Source: Mycobacteriales bacterium (GTDB taxonomy: Bacteria; Actinomycetota; Actinomycetes; JAFAQI01). From it: 64,000 nt of DNA. The DNA is taken from positions 9,189 through 73,188 of the forward strand of contig DASZUS010000027.1 of NCBI GenBank assembly GCA_035547515.1, read 5' to 3'. The stretch's first letter is position 1. Every line of letters starts with the position of its first letter. Below, piece by piece: positions 1 to 9,107 of the stretch. The notes below the pieces were generated by a model. The model worked only from the letters and a program-made list of their open reading frames with translations. It was not told the DNA's origin and searched no databases. The translations under genes were made by a program, and so were the position numbers.

Positions 1-149
1 CTCTCGCCGAGCTCGACCATCCCGTGACCCGCCTGGTCAGGGTGGCGATCGGGCCGATCCGGCTGGGCGATCTCAAGCCCGGAAAGCGGCGGCACCTGCA
101 GCCACAAGAGGTCCAGTCGTTGTATCGCGCAGTCGACATGTCGGCATAG
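1..149 (+). CDS. C-terminal end of a pseudouridine synthase (RsuA/RluB-like); 5' part outside window
   Basis: Frame 3 is open from the window edge: ...LAELDHPVTRLVRVAIGPIRLGDLKPGKRRHLQPQEVQSLYRAVDMSA, TAG at 147-149. The tail resembles RluB-type synthases that often precede cmk/der in actinobacteria. Confidence 0.45.
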   Translation, partial: LAELDHPVTRLVRVAIGPIRLGDLKPGKRRHLQPQEVQSLYRAVDMSA

Positions 150-287
150 CGCTATCCCGACAAGCCGATCACGCTCCGGGCCCGCCTGCCACGCGCGCCG
201 GCGCCGGAGCGGCAGTGCAACCGGGGCCGCGCAGCAGCGGCAGTAGAGAATGATCCCGGCCGAGGACCGGGCAGCTGAGGAGGCGGG

Positions 288-653
288 ATGGCGGTGCGCG
301 CGCTGCGAGGCGCGACCCAGGTCGATGTCGACGACCGCGAGGCGATCATCGAGGCCACGGCGGAGCTGGTGCGCGAGGTCCTCGATCGCAACTCGCTGAG
401 CGTCGACGACCTGATCAGCATCGTCTTCACGACGACGCCCGACCTGGTCGCTGAGTTCCCGGCGTACGCCGCCCGCACCATCGGCATCACCGACGTGCCG
501 TTCCTGTGCGCTTCGGAGATCGCGGTGCCGGGCTCGATGCCGCGGGTGGTGCGCCTCATGGCCCACGTCGAGGCGAGCTTCTCGCGTGCCGAGGCGCGCC
601 ACGTGTACCTGCGTGGCGCCCAGGCGCTTCGCACCGACCTGCCCCGCGACTAG
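288..653 (+). CDS. aroH: Chorismate mutase, AroH class
   Basis: 121 aa. MAVRALRGATQVDVDDREAI...IVFTTTPDLVAEFPAYAARTIGITDVPFLCASEIAVPGSMPRVVRLMAHV is the typical monofunctional AroH-type sequence. SD-like gaggagg lies just upstream. Confidence 0.8.
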   Translation: MAVRALRGATQVDVDDREAIIEATAELVREVLDRNSLSVDDLISIVFTTTPDLVAEFPAYAARTIGITDVPFLCASEIAVPGSMPRVVRLMAHVEASFSRAEARHVYLRGAQALRTDLPRD

Positions 654-662
654 GGCGGAAGG

Positions 663-1754
663 ATGACCACCGCCGCGCCCGGCCGCCTGCTGATCGTCGG
701 CACCGGCCTGATCGGCGCCTCCGTCGGGATGGCGGCGCGTCGCGCCGGCTACGACGTCGTGCTTGCAAACCGCGACCCGAGCCGCCTCGCAGTGGCGGTC
801 GACGTCGGTGCGGGGGACCCGTGGGACGGCGGCGCGCCGGTCGACCTGGCCGTGGTGTGCCTCCCGCCTGCGCTCATTGCCGCGGAGACCGGACGTCTGC
901 AGCGGGCAGGGATCGCTTCGACTATCACTCATGTTTGCAGCGTGCAGCTACAACCTCAACTCGAGGTTGAGAGAGATATCGGCCCCTGGCCCGGGTTTGT
1001 CGGCAGCCACCCGGTAGCGGGCCGCGAGCGGTCGGGCCCCCATCACGCCACCGTCGACCTCTTCGAGGACCGCCCCTGGGTGGTCTGCCCGACGGCAGCG
1101 TCGGCGCCCGAGGCGGTTGCCGCGGTCGAGGGACTCGCGGCGGCATGCGGCGCGCGCGTCAGCACGATGCCGGCAGCGGCGCACGACGCGCTGCTGGCCC
1201 GGCTTTCGCACGTGCCTCAGCTGGTCGCCTCCGCGCTGGCTGCGGCGATCGCCGACCTGGATCGCGGCGACGTCGCGATCGCCGGCTCCGGTCTGCGCGA
1301 TACGACCCGCATCGCTGACAGCGATCCCGCCCTGTGGGCCGAGATCGTCTCGGCCAACGCCGCTGGCGTCGCGGCAGCGCTGGACGCGGTGCTGGCGCCG
1401 CTCGAGGCGCTGAAGGCCGAGCTCGCCGACGGCGGCGTGGCAGGCGAGGCTGCGCGTGCCCTGGTCGAGCGCGGACGGATCGGGCGCCAGCTGCTGGCGG
1501 GCAAGCACGGCCAGGCGGCCGTGCGCTGGGCGAAGGTGTCGGTCGTCGTACCCGACCAGCCCGGCAAGCTGGCTCGGCTGCTCGCCGACGCCTCCGACTG
1601 CGGGGTCAACGTCGAGGACATCCACGTCGACCACTCGCCGGGGGCTGCGCTCGGCCTGGTCGACCTCGATGTCGCACCGGGCAGCGGAGCCACCCTCGCG
1701 GGGGCGCTCGAGGCGCGGGGCTGGCGAGCCACCGCCACCGAGCCGCTCACCTAG
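663..1754 (+). CDS. tyrA: Prephenate dehydrogenase
   Basis: 363 aa with an N-terminal Rossmann motif (LLIVGTGLIGASVG), GSHPVAGRERSG and a C-terminal ACT-like region. It lies next to aroH. Confidence 0.85.
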   Translation: MTTAAPGRLLIVGTGLIGASVGMAARRAGYDVVLANRDPSRLAVAVDVGAGDPWDGGAPVDLAVVCLPPALIAAETGRLQRAGIASTITHVCSVQLQPQLEVERDIGPWPGFVGSHPVAGRERSGPHHATVDLFEDRPWVVCPTAASAPEAVAAVEGLAAACGARVSTMPAAAHDALLARLSHVPQLVASALAAAIADLDRGDVAIAGSGLRDTTRIADSDPALWAEIVSANAAGVAAALDAVLAPLEALKAELADGGVAGEAARALVERGRIGRQLLAGKHGQAAVRWAKVSVVVPDQPGKLARLLADASDCGVNVEDIHVDHSPGAALGLVDLDVAPGSGATLAGALEARGWRATATEPLT

Positions 1755-1787
1755 ACTCGGCCGAGCGCCCCAGCGGGTGCGACGTCG

Positions 1788-2483
1788 GTGGGAGGTTCGG
1801 TGCAGCGGCGCAATCTGGTCGTCGCGATCGACGGACCGTCCGGCTCCGGGAAGTCGACCGTCGCACGCGGGGTCGCGAAGGCTCTTGGCCTCCGCTACCT
1901 CGACACCGGGGCGATGTACCGGGCGATGACCTGGCTCGCGCTGCAGCGCGGCGTCGCGCTCGACGCCACGTCAGGCCTCGCCGCCCTGGCGCTGGAGGCG
2001 CGGCTCGAGGTCGACGCCGACCCGGGCTCCCCGGCGATCTCGATCGAGGGAACTGACGTCACGACCGCCGTACGGGGCCCGGAGGTGACCGCCGCGGTGA
2101 GCGCGGTGAGCGCGGTGCCTGAGGTACGCGCGGAGATGGTCCGCCGGCAGCGTGAGCTGATCGGGGAAGGCGGGATCGTGGTCGAGGGCCGCGACATCGG
2201 CACGACCGTGGTCCCCGCGGCTGCGGTCAAGGTGTTCCTCGTCGCCGACCCAGCGGCCCGCGCCGCGCGACGAGCCCGTCAGGACGAGCACCTGGGGCAG
2301 GCCACCGCCGACCTCGCCGTCACCCAGGCCGACCTCGCCCGCCGCGACACCGCCGACAGCACCCGCGTCGCCTCCCCGCTGGCGCAGGCGCCCGACGCGG
2401 TCGTCATCGACGCGACGGAGCTCGACGCCGACGGCGTCATCCGTGAGGTGCTCGACCTCGTGGCGAAGGTCGAGGCCGGATGA
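1788..2483 (+). CDS. cmk: Cytidylate kinase
   Basis: 231 aa with P-loop VAIDGPSGSGKSTVAR, LDTGAMYRA and GRDIGTVV motifs. The start could instead be the second GTG at 1800. Confidence 0.9.
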   Translation: MGGSVQRRNLVVAIDGPSGSGKSTVARGVAKALGLRYLDTGAMYRAMTWLALQRGVALDATSGLAALALEARLEVDADPGSPAISIEGTDVTTAVRGPEVTAAVSAVSAVPEVRAEMVRRQRELIGEGGIVVEGRDIGTTVVPAAAVKVFLVADPAARAARRARQDEHLGQATADLAVTQADLARRDTADSTRVASPLAQAPDAVVIDATELDADGVIREVLDLVAKVEAG

Positions 2484-3145
2484 GCGCGCGCAGCGAGGAT
2501 CCGACGCGGGAGTCGGTGCCGCTCTTCCTCGCGCGAGCCCTTGCCCGGCTGCTCCTTCGGGCGTACTTCCGGCTGCGAATCGTGGGGATGGACCACCTGC
2601 CGCGGACCGGGCCGGTCCTCATTGCGGGCAACCACTCCGGCTTCCTCGACGGCCCGATCGTGATGATCATGCTGTCCCGGCCGTCCTCGTTCCTGGCCAA
2701 GTCCGAGCTCTACAAGGGTCCGCTGAAGGCGGTGCTGGAGTTCGCCCGCCAGATCCCGATCCATCGCGGTACGCCGGACCGCGCCGCCCTGCAGGCCGGG
2801 CTGCGAGTCCTGGGCGGCGGCGGTGTGCTCGGGGTCTTTCCCGAAGGGACCCGCGGGTCCGGCGAGCTCGCCAACATCCAGCACGGCATCGGATACCTGG
2901 CACTGCACGGCCAGTGCCCGATCGTGCCGGTGGTGTGTGCCGGCACCGCTGACGCGCTGCCGAAGGGCAAGGCCATCCCGCGGCTTCGCGCGCCGATCGA
3001 CGTGGTGTTCGGCGCGCCGTTCACCCTGGAGGTGAGCGGCGACCCGCGGACGCGTAAGGCGGTTGCCGAGGCCGCCGAGCAGGTTCGCGCCCGGCTGCTC
3101 GAGCATCTCGCTGCCGTCACGTCCCAGACCCCGGCTTCCCGGTGA
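2480..3145 (+). CDS. plsC: 1-acyl-sn-glycerol-3-phosphate acyltransferase family protein
   Basis: 221 aa with acyltransferase HX4D (NHSGFLD) and FPEGTRG motifs. Its ATGA overlaps the cmk stop. Confidence 0.8.
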   Translation: MSARSEDPTRESVPLFLARALARLLLRAYFRLRIVGMDHLPRTGPVLIAGNHSGFLDGPIVMIMLSRPSSFLAKSELYKGPLKAVLEFARQIPIHRGTPDRAALQAGLRVLGGGGVLGVFPEGTRGSGELANIQHGIGYLALHGQCPIVPVVCAGTADALPKGKAIPRLRAPIDVVFGAPFTLEVSGDPRTRKAVAEAAEQVRARLLEHLAAVTSQTPASR

Positions 3146-4458
3146 TCGCCAGCCTTCCGGTCGTCGCGGTCATCGGCCGGCCGAACGTCGGGAAGTCGAC
3201 CTTCGTCAACCGGGTGCTCGGCCGCCGCGAGGCCGTCGTCGAGGACGTTCCGGGGGTCACCCGGGACCGGGTGACCTACGAGGCGGAGTGGTCGGGCCGC
3301 CGGTTTACGGTGATCGACACCGGCGGGTGGGAGCCGGATGCCCGTGGCATGGCGGCGCGGATCGCGGAGAACGCGGAGATCGCCGTCGAGGCGGCCGACG
3401 TCGTCGTACTCGTGGTCGACGCCACGGTCGGGGCCACCGAGACCGATCTGGCCGTGGCGCGGGTGATCCAGCGCAGCGGGCGGCCGGTCGTGCTCGCCGC
3501 GAACAAGGTGGACTCGGCGAACGTGGAGTCCGACGCGGCGGCGCTGTGGTCACTCGGTCTCGGCGAGCCGATCCCGGTGAGCGCGCTGCACGGCCGGGGA
3601 AGCGGGGACTTGCTCGACGTCTTGATCTCGAAGCTCCCCGACAGCCCGCGGCAGGTCGAGGTGGATGCGGTGCCCCGCGTAGCGCTGGCCGGCCGTCCCA
3701 ACGTCGGCAAGTCCAGCCTGCTCAACGCGCTCGCGGGCAGTGAACGAGCGCTGGTCGACTCGGTCGCCGGGACGACGCGGGACCCGGTCAACGAGCTGGT
3801 CACCCTCAATGGCGCGACCTGGCGGTTCGTCGACACGGCAGGCCTTCGCCGGCGCGTCAAGGAGGCCAGCGGCGCCGAGTACTACTCGAGCCTGCGTACG
3901 TCGTCGGCCATCGCCGCGGCCGACGTCGTCCTGCTCCTGCTGGACGTGACCGAGCCGATCAGCGACCAGGACCTTCGAGTGGCCGACGCCGTGGTCGAGG
4001 CCGGCCGCGCCATGGTGGTGCTGCTGAACAAGTGGGACATCCTCGACGAGGACCGGCGCGAGCGCCTGGACCGCGAGATCGAGCGCGAGCTTGCGAGGTT
4101 CGGGTGGGCATCCCGGCTGGCGATCTCCGCCAAAACCGGGCGCGGTCTGCAACGCGTCGAGCCGGCGATGACCGCCGCTCTGCAGAGCTGGCGCAAGCGG
4201 ATCCCGACCGGGGAGCTCAACGCCTTCTTCGCCGAGATCGTGTCGGCGACGCCACCCCCCGTGCGCGGCGGGAAGCAGCCGAAGATCCTGTTCGCGACGC
4301 AACCCAGCATCGAGCCGCCGAAGTTCGTGCTGTTCACCTCTGGCCCGCTCGAGGCGTCGTACCGGCGATTCCTCGAGCGGCGGCTCCGTGAGCAGTTCGG
4401 CTTCGAGGGCACCCCGATCGACCTGTCGGTGAAGGCACGCGAGAAGCGGAAGCGGTAG
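3142..4458 (+). CDS. der: Ribosome-associated GTPase Der/EngA
   Basis: 438 aa with two GTPase domains (GRPNVGKST ... DTGG ... NKVD; [12 protein letters not shown] ... DTAG ... NKWD) and a KH-like C-terminus. Its GTGA overlaps the plsC stop. Confidence 0.95.
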   Translation: MIASLPVVAVIGRPNVGKSTFVNRVLGRREAVVEDVPGVTRDRVTYEAEWSGRRFTVIDTGGWEPDARGMAARIAENAEIAVEAADVVVLVVDATVGATETDLAVARVIQRSGRPVVLAANKVDSANVESDAAALWSLGLGEPIPVSALHGRGSGDLLDVLISKLPDSPRQVEVDAVPRVALAGRPNVGKSSLLNALAGSERALVDSVAGTTRDPVNELVTLNGATWRFVDTAGLRRRVKEASGAEYYSSLRTSSAIAAADVVLLLLDVTEPISDQDLRVADAVVEAGRAMVVLLNKWDILDEDRRERLDREIERELARFGWASRLAISAKTGRGLQRVEPAMTAALQSWRKRIPTGELNAFFAEIVSATPPPVRGGKQPKILFATQPSIEPPKFVLFTSGPLEASYRRFLERRLREQFGFEGTPIDLSVKAREKRKR

Positions 4459-4464
4459 GGCACT

Positions 4465-5394
4465 GTGAGCAGAGCGGTTCGGCTCGAGCGCTTCGGCGGT
4501 CCCGAGGTCCTCGCGATCCACGAGGTGCCCGCGCCGGTCGCCGGCCCGGGGCAGATCCGGGTGCGGGTCACCGCGGCGGGGCTGAACCCGATGGACTGGA
4601 TCATGACCTCCGACGCCCAGACCGCAGCCCGGTTCGGGCTGAGCCTGCCCGCCGGGTTCGGAACCGACTTCGCGGGCGTGGTGGACCAGGTCGGCGAGGG
4701 CGTCTCCGGGTTCGCGGCGGGTGATCGGGTGTACGGCGGGGCGGTCTCGCGGGCGATCGCCGACTTCGTCGTCGTCGCTGCGGCCGGGACCATCACGGAG
4801 GGCGTGGCGCATCACACGCCCGCCGGGGTGGACGACCGCACCGCCGCCACGCTGACCATCGCCGGTTCGACAGCCGCCGCCGCGCTCGCTGTGGTCGATG
4901 CGGGCCCGGGCGACACTGTGCTGATCGGCGGCGCCGCCGGCGGGGTGGGGGTGTTCGCCGTCCAGCTCGCCCGTCTTGCCGGCGCCCGCGTGATCGGGAC
5001 GGGGTCGAGCGCATCAGGCGATTTCCTGCGCAGCATCGGCGCCGAGCCGGTCGCGTACGGCGAGGGGCTCGTCGACCGGGTTCGCGCCCTCGCCTCCGTC
5101 ACTGCCGCGATCGACCTGTACGGCACCGAGGTGGTGGACGCCGCGCGGGCGCTCGGGGTCGCCGACGAACGGATCACCACTATCGCCGCTCAGGTCGACG
5201 GCATCACGCCGGCCAACGGCGCGAATGCCGCGCACGGCGCGCTGGAACGCGTGGCCAATCTCGTCGAGGCGAACCAGGTCCGGGTTCCGATCGCGGCCAC
5301 CTTCCCGATCTCGCAGATCCGTGCCGCCGTCGAGCTGCAGGCCGGCCGCCACGTCCATGGAAAGGTCGTCATCGACCTGGCCGGCCGAGGCTGA
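4465..5394 (+). CDS. NADPH:quinone oxidoreductase / zinc-type alcohol dehydrogenase superfamily (MDR) protein
   Basis: 309 aa with a GroES-like N-terminus (VRVTAAGLNPMDW), the nucleotide motif GGAAGGVGVFAVQLA and a C-terminal GKVVI. Confidence 0.7.
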   Translation: MSRAVRLERFGGPEVLAIHEVPAPVAGPGQIRVRVTAAGLNPMDWIMTSDAQTAARFGLSLPAGFGTDFAGVVDQVGEGVSGFAAGDRVYGGAVSRAIADFVVVAAAGTITEGVAHHTPAGVDDRTAATLTIAGSTAAAALAVVDAGPGDTVLIGGAAGGVGVFAVQLARLAGARVIGTGSSASGDFLRSIGAEPVAYGEGLVDRVRALASVTAAIDLYGTEVVDAARALGVADERITTIAAQVDGITPANGANAAHGALERVANLVEANQVRVPIAATFPISQIRAAVELQAGRHVHGKVVIDLAGRG

Positions 5395-5415
5395 CCCGTT
5401 GGAAGACCTCCGGGC

Positions 5416-6027
5416 GTGAGCGTGGAGACGGCTGGTGCCGTCCGGGCGCGGCCAATGTTGTTGCGCCGAGGACGCCGCCTGGAGGTAGTCACCCTTGGGT
5501 GGAACGTCGCCGGGGTTGCCGTCCTCGCCACTACGGCGGTTACCGCTCGCTCGGTCGCTCTCGCCGGGTTCGGCATGGACTCGCTGGTCGAGATCGGCGC
5601 GAGCACGGTTGTGCTCTGGGAGCTCTCCGGCGCACGCCGCGAGCGCGAGCAGCAGGCGCTGCGACTGATCGGTGCTGCTTTCGTCGCTGTAGCGCTGTAC
5701 GTCGTGACCGAGTCCACGTGGGCTCTGGTAGCGAGATTTCACCCTCACCACAGCTCGGCAGGCATCCTCTGGACCGCCCTCACCGCCGCCGCCATGTTCG
5801 CCTTGGCCCGGGGCAAGGCGAACATCGGCCGGGCGCTGCATAACCCGGTACTTGTCACCGAGGGCCGGGTGACGGCCATCGACGGCCTGCTCGCGGTGGC
5901 GGTATTGATCGGGCTGGTTCTCAACGCCGCGTTCGGGTGGTGGTGGGCTGATCCGGTCGCGGCCTACGTGCTCGTCTACTACGCCGCCCGCGAGGCCAGG
6001 GCGATTTTCACGGGGACTCACTGGTAG
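5416..6027 (+). CDS. Cation-efflux (CDF-like) membrane protein, transmembrane domain only
   Basis: 203 aa with about 5-6 hydrophobic helices. GFGMDSLVEIGAS and the RVTAIDGLLAV pattern resemble the cation diffusion facilitator TMD. GTG start. Confidence 0.5.
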   Translation: MSVETAGAVRARPMLLRRGRRLEVVTLGWNVAGVAVLATTAVTARSVALAGFGMDSLVEIGASTVVLWELSGARREREQQALRLIGAAFVAVALYVVTESTWALVARFHPHHSSAGILWTALTAAAMFALARGKANIGRALHNPVLVTEGRVTAIDGLLAVAVLIGLVLNAAFGWWWADPVAAYVLVYYAAREARAIFTGTHW

Positions 6028-6104
6028 CGGCAGCTGGGCTACGCGCGAACGCCTCGACAGCGACACCTCCTGCCGTGCGGTACTTCCAGAGCCTGTTGCC
6101 GACC

Positions 6105-6485
6105 TCAGTCGGCCCGCCCTCGCGAACAGCTGCTCTCGAGGACGGTCTCTAGGACGGCAGCTTCGGCGCGCAGTTGCGCTGCGCGAACCGGCTGCTGCTG
6201 GTCGTCGTACATCGCTGCCGCGTCGAGTCGATGGTCGATCTCACGCCGCACGAGCTGATACACGTCGTCGTCGCTCAGCACCAGCCGCGGGATGTCGGTG
6301 GCGGCGGCCCCTTGTGGCGCACCCTCTATCGCGACGCCACGAAGGTCGTCGGGAGTCGGTGGCGGAGCAGCCGCGTTGTCCAGGGCCGCGATGGTCGTCC
6401 GTAGCGCCCTTACCGCGTTCACGTCGCGCGTCTTCATCGCTGTCACGAGGCTGGTGCGTAGAGCCCCCTCGACGTCACTGCTCAT
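6105..6485 (-). CDS. GatB/YqeY domain-containing protein
   Basis: Reads MSSDVEGALRTSLVTAMKTRDVNAVRALRTTIAALDNA... from the internal ATG at 6485, which is YqeY-like. The longer ORF to 6566 adds an Arg/Cys-rich non-homologous extension. Confidence 0.6.
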   Translation of the reverse strand: MSSDVEGALRTSLVTAMKTRDVNAVRALRTTIAALDNAAAPPPTPDDLRGVAIEGAPQGAAATDIPRLVLSDDDVYQLVRREIDHRLDAAAMYDDQQQPVRAAQLRAEAAVLETVLESSCSRGRAD

Positions 6486-6650
6486 GCAGCGAACGGTACG
6501 CCGGGGACATGTTTCCGTCGGTCTTCGGCGATATCCAGAGCAGGTGGGTCTCGAGCATGGTGTCATCGCCCCCCGGCCTGGTCTAGTGCGACCAGTGTCG
6601 GTCGAGGAGCTGCGCAGGGCGGTCGCCGCGCAGCAGTCCTGGCGGGGGTC

Positions 6651-7325
6651 ATGCGAGCGTTGGGCTTCACCACGTCGCGTACGGGGCGAGTCCTCAAGGA
6701 CGTGTGTGACGAGCTAGGGGTCGACTACACGCACTTTCAGCCAAGCAGGCGCCGAATCGAGCTCATCGAGGACGCTGTTCGGTGTTCAAGAACCTGGGCG
6801 GAGGTCATCGACCGGGTCGGCTTCGCCCCTGGCTCAGGGTCCGCACGAGCGACGATCCGACGCCACTGCGAGCTGAACGGAATCGACATCACCGCTCTCT
6901 CGCGACAGGAAGCCCCGTCGGGTCCGTCACCAGCACTGGTTCCGCGCCCTGACCAACAGCGTCACGCTGCGCCGTACCTGGTCGCGGCGGCGTTGACTCT
7001 CGCGGGTGTGGCCGTGAGCTTCGCGCCGGAAGGTGTCGCGTACGACCTCATTGGCGACTTCCCGCGACTTGGACGACAGCGGATTCAGGTGAAGACAGTC
7101 TCGTCCGGTGTCGACTGCAGGTTGTCCCGGAAGGAGTACTTCCGTGACGGTCATGGCGGCCATCGGCGAGCCCTCTATTCGGCCGAGGAGATCGACTACT
7201 TCGCATGCGTCACCTTCGAGCAAACGATCTATCTCATTCCCATCGCTGCGGTCGAGGGCAAGGGAAGCGTGTCGCTTCGCAAATATGACGCCTACCGCCT
7301 TCCTGATGCGAGGCCCGGTCGGTAG
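6651..7325 (+). CDS. PD-(D/E)XK endonuclease-like protein with tandem N-terminal HTH-like repeats (homing-endonuclease-like); 5' part probably frameshifted
   Basis: The C-terminus has YDLIGDF...QRIQVKT (a D...QxK nuclease core). The N-terminus has two copies of W-x2-V-x4-GF-x12-15-C-E-x-G-[VI]-D. A third copy starts upstream in another frame (see finding). G+C is about 57-63% in two counted lines. Confidence 0.5.
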   Translation: MRALGFTTSRTGRVLKDVCDELGVDYTHFQPSRRRIELIEDAVRCSRTWAEVIDRVGFAPGSGSARATIRRHCELNGIDITALSRQEAPSGPSPALVPRPDQQRHAAPYLVAAALTLAGVAVSFAPEGVAYDLIGDFPRLGRQRIQVKTVSSGVDCRLSRKEYFRDGHGGHRRALYSAEEIDYFACVTFEQTIYLIPIAAVEGKGSVSLRKYDAYRLPDARPGR

Positions 7326-7339
7326 ACTCGCGCGGGCTA

Positions 7340-7413
7340 CGGGCTGTAGCGCAGTTTGGTAGCGCATTCGGCTGGGGGCCGAAGGGTCGCAGGTTCAAAT
7401 CCTGTCAGCCCGA
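7340..7413 (+). tRNA. tRNA-Pro (anticodon GGG)
   Basis: CGGGCTGTAGCGCAGTTTGGTAGCGCATTCGGCTGGGGGCCGAAGGGTCGCAGGTTCAAATCCTGTCAGCCCGA. Acceptor CGGGCTG/CAGCCCG, anticodon stem TTCGG/CCGAA, loop CTGGGGG, T-loop GGTTCAAATCC. CCA is not encoded. Confidence 0.9.
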
Positions 7414-7463
7414 CGAAACGGTGAGGGTTCGGTGCGCGTGCGCCACCTCGTAGAGTTCGGCGC

Positions 7464-8066
7464 GTGACGGTGACGAGGCCTTCGAGCGAGAAGGTCTGGA
7501 CCGTCCCAAACGCGCTGTCCGCGCTGCGGCTGGTCGGCGTACCGGTTTTCTGCTGGCTTGCGCTCGGGCCGAAGGACGACGGCTGGGCGGTGATCCTGCT
7601 GATGGTCGCCGGGTTCACCGACTACCTCGACGGCAAGATCGCGCGCCGGTTCAACCTGACGAGCGAGCTCGGCAAGCTGCTCGACCCGGCCGCTGACCGG
7701 CTCTACATCCTTGCCACGCTGGCGGTCCTCACGGACCGCTCGATCATCCCGCTGTGGCTCACCGTCCTGCTCGCCGCCCGCGAGGTCGTGCTCGGGCTCG
7801 CGCTGCTCGTGATGCGCCGCTTCGGGATCGGCCCTCCCGACGTCACCTTCCTCGGCAAGGCAGCCGCGCTCGCCCTGATGTACGCCTTCCCGCTCCTGCT
7901 GCTCTCCGTCGGCAGCTCCACACTCGACCACGTCGTCCGCCCGCTCGCCTGGTCCTTCGCCTGCTGGGGGGCCGCCCTCTACCTCTGGACCGGGGCGCTC
8001 TACCTGGTCTACGAAAGCCGGCTGGTGGCTGCCGCCCGCGAGGAGCGTCTAGGCTCCGCGGCGTGA
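7464..8066 (+). CDS. CDP-alcohol phosphatidyltransferase (PgsA2/cardiolipin-synthase-like)
   Basis: 200 aa membrane protein with DG-x2-AR-x8-G-x3-D-x3-D (DGKIARRFNLTSELGKLLDPAADR). GTG start. Confidence 0.85.
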   Translation: MTVTRPSSEKVWTVPNALSALRLVGVPVFCWLALGPKDDGWAVILLMVAGFTDYLDGKIARRFNLTSELGKLLDPAADRLYILATLAVLTDRSIIPLWLTVLLAAREVVLGLALLVMRRFGIGPPDVTFLGKAAALALMYAFPLLLLSVGSSTLDHVVRPLAWSFACWGAALYLWTGALYLVYESRLVAAAREERLGSAA

Positions 8067-8449
8067 TTCCAGAGGACCTGAGCTACACCGCTGAGCACGA
8101 GTGGGCCAAGCACGAGGCCGACGGCACCATCCGGGTCGGGATCACCGACTTCGCCCAGGGGGCCCTCGGCGACATCGTCTACGTCTCGCTCCCCGCCGCG
8201 GGCACAACTGTTGCCGCCGGGGGAGTGCTCGGCGAGGTGGAGTCCACCAAGAGCGTCTCGGAGATCTACGCGCCGCTGGCCGGCGAGGTCGTCGCCGCGA
8301 ACGACGCGCTCGACGGCCGGCCCGAGCTGGTCAACTCCGACGCGTACGGCGAGGGCTGGCTGGTCCTGATCCGTCCGACGGAAGGCGCAGACGCCTCGAA
8401 CCTGCTGGACGCTGGCGGCTACCAGGCGCTCCTCGACGCATCCGCCTGA
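8063..8449 (+). CDS. gcvH: Glycine cleavage system H protein
   Basis: Reads VIPEDLSYTAEHEWAKHEADGTIRVGITDFAQGALGDIVYVSLP... from the GTG at 8063, with lipoyl-lysine motif EVESTKSVSEIYAP. Its GTGA overlaps the upstream stop. The longer ORF from 7754 is an out-of-context extension. Confidence 0.9.
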   Translation: MIPEDLSYTAEHEWAKHEADGTIRVGITDFAQGALGDIVYVSLPAAGTTVAAGGVLGEVESTKSVSEIYAPLAGEVVAANDALDGRPELVNSDAYGEGWLVLIRPTEGADASNLLDAGGYQALLDASA

Positions 8450-8473
8450 TCATCCACCGCGGCGTCCTGCGCG

Positions 8474-8502
8474 ATTGACCGCGCTGGGCGGGACGCTTAC
8501 CG
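8474..8502 (+). promoter_or_regulatory. Candidate SigA-type promoter for garA-like gene (TTGACC-N17-TACCGT)
   Basis: TTGACC at 8474-8479, a 17-nt spacer, and TACCGT at 8497-8502, in the 148-nt gcvH/FHA intergenic region. Confidence 0.3.
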
Positions 8503-8597
8503 TTTGATCCCTCGACCTGTGGTTGAGGTTTCGTCTGGTCGTGCCGATCGTTTCGAAGCGGTCGCCCAGTTGACGACGAGGGAAGCAGGCGCTTTCG

Positions 8598-9107
8598 ATG
8601 CCCAGCGTGTTCTGCGACAAGTGCGGACACCAGAATCCCGATGACGCGCTGTTCTGCGCGCGGTGCGGGAACCAGCTTCGCCGCGGCGGCGGCGCGGTCG
8701 CGGGGACGGCTGACCAGACCAGCACGCTCGCGCTCAGCGGAGTCGACGCGGACGGCGACGACGAGACGACAGCCGAGATCCTCGATGAGCTTCCTGCGGG
8801 CTTCGCGCTCCTCGTCGTGCAGCGCGGACCCAATGCCGGCAGCCGCTTCCTGCTCGACCAGGAGGTGACGACGGTCGGGCGCAACCCGGACAGCGACATC
8901 TTCCTCGACGACGTCACCGTCTCCCGCCGGCACGCGACCTTCACTCGCACGCCCGACGGCTACACGCTCAGCGACGCCGGCAGCCTCAACGGGACCTACC
9001 TCAACCGGGAGCGGATCGAGAGCGCCGCCCTCGGTAACGGCGACGAGGTCCAGATCGGCAAGGTCCGCCTGCTGTTCTTCTCCAGCGTGCCCGGCGGCGC
9101 GGCATGA
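8598..9107 (+). CDS. garA: FHA-domain regulator, GarA/OdhI orthologue with N-terminal zinc ribbon
   Basis: LLVVQRGPNAGSRFLLDQ...GRNPDSDIFLDDVTVSRRHA...GSLNGTYLNRE...GDEVQIGKVRLLFF is near-identical in pattern to GarA. N-terminal CDKCGHQNPDDALFCARCG, with a DETT motif retained. Confidence 0.85.
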   Translation: MPSVFCDKCGHQNPDDALFCARCGNQLRRGGGAVAGTADQTSTLALSGVDADGDDETTAEILDELPAGFALLVVQRGPNAGSRFLLDQEVTTVGRNPDSDIFLDDVTVSRRHATFTRTPDGYTLSDAGSLNGTYLNRERIESAALGNGDEVQIGKVRLLFFSSVPGGAA

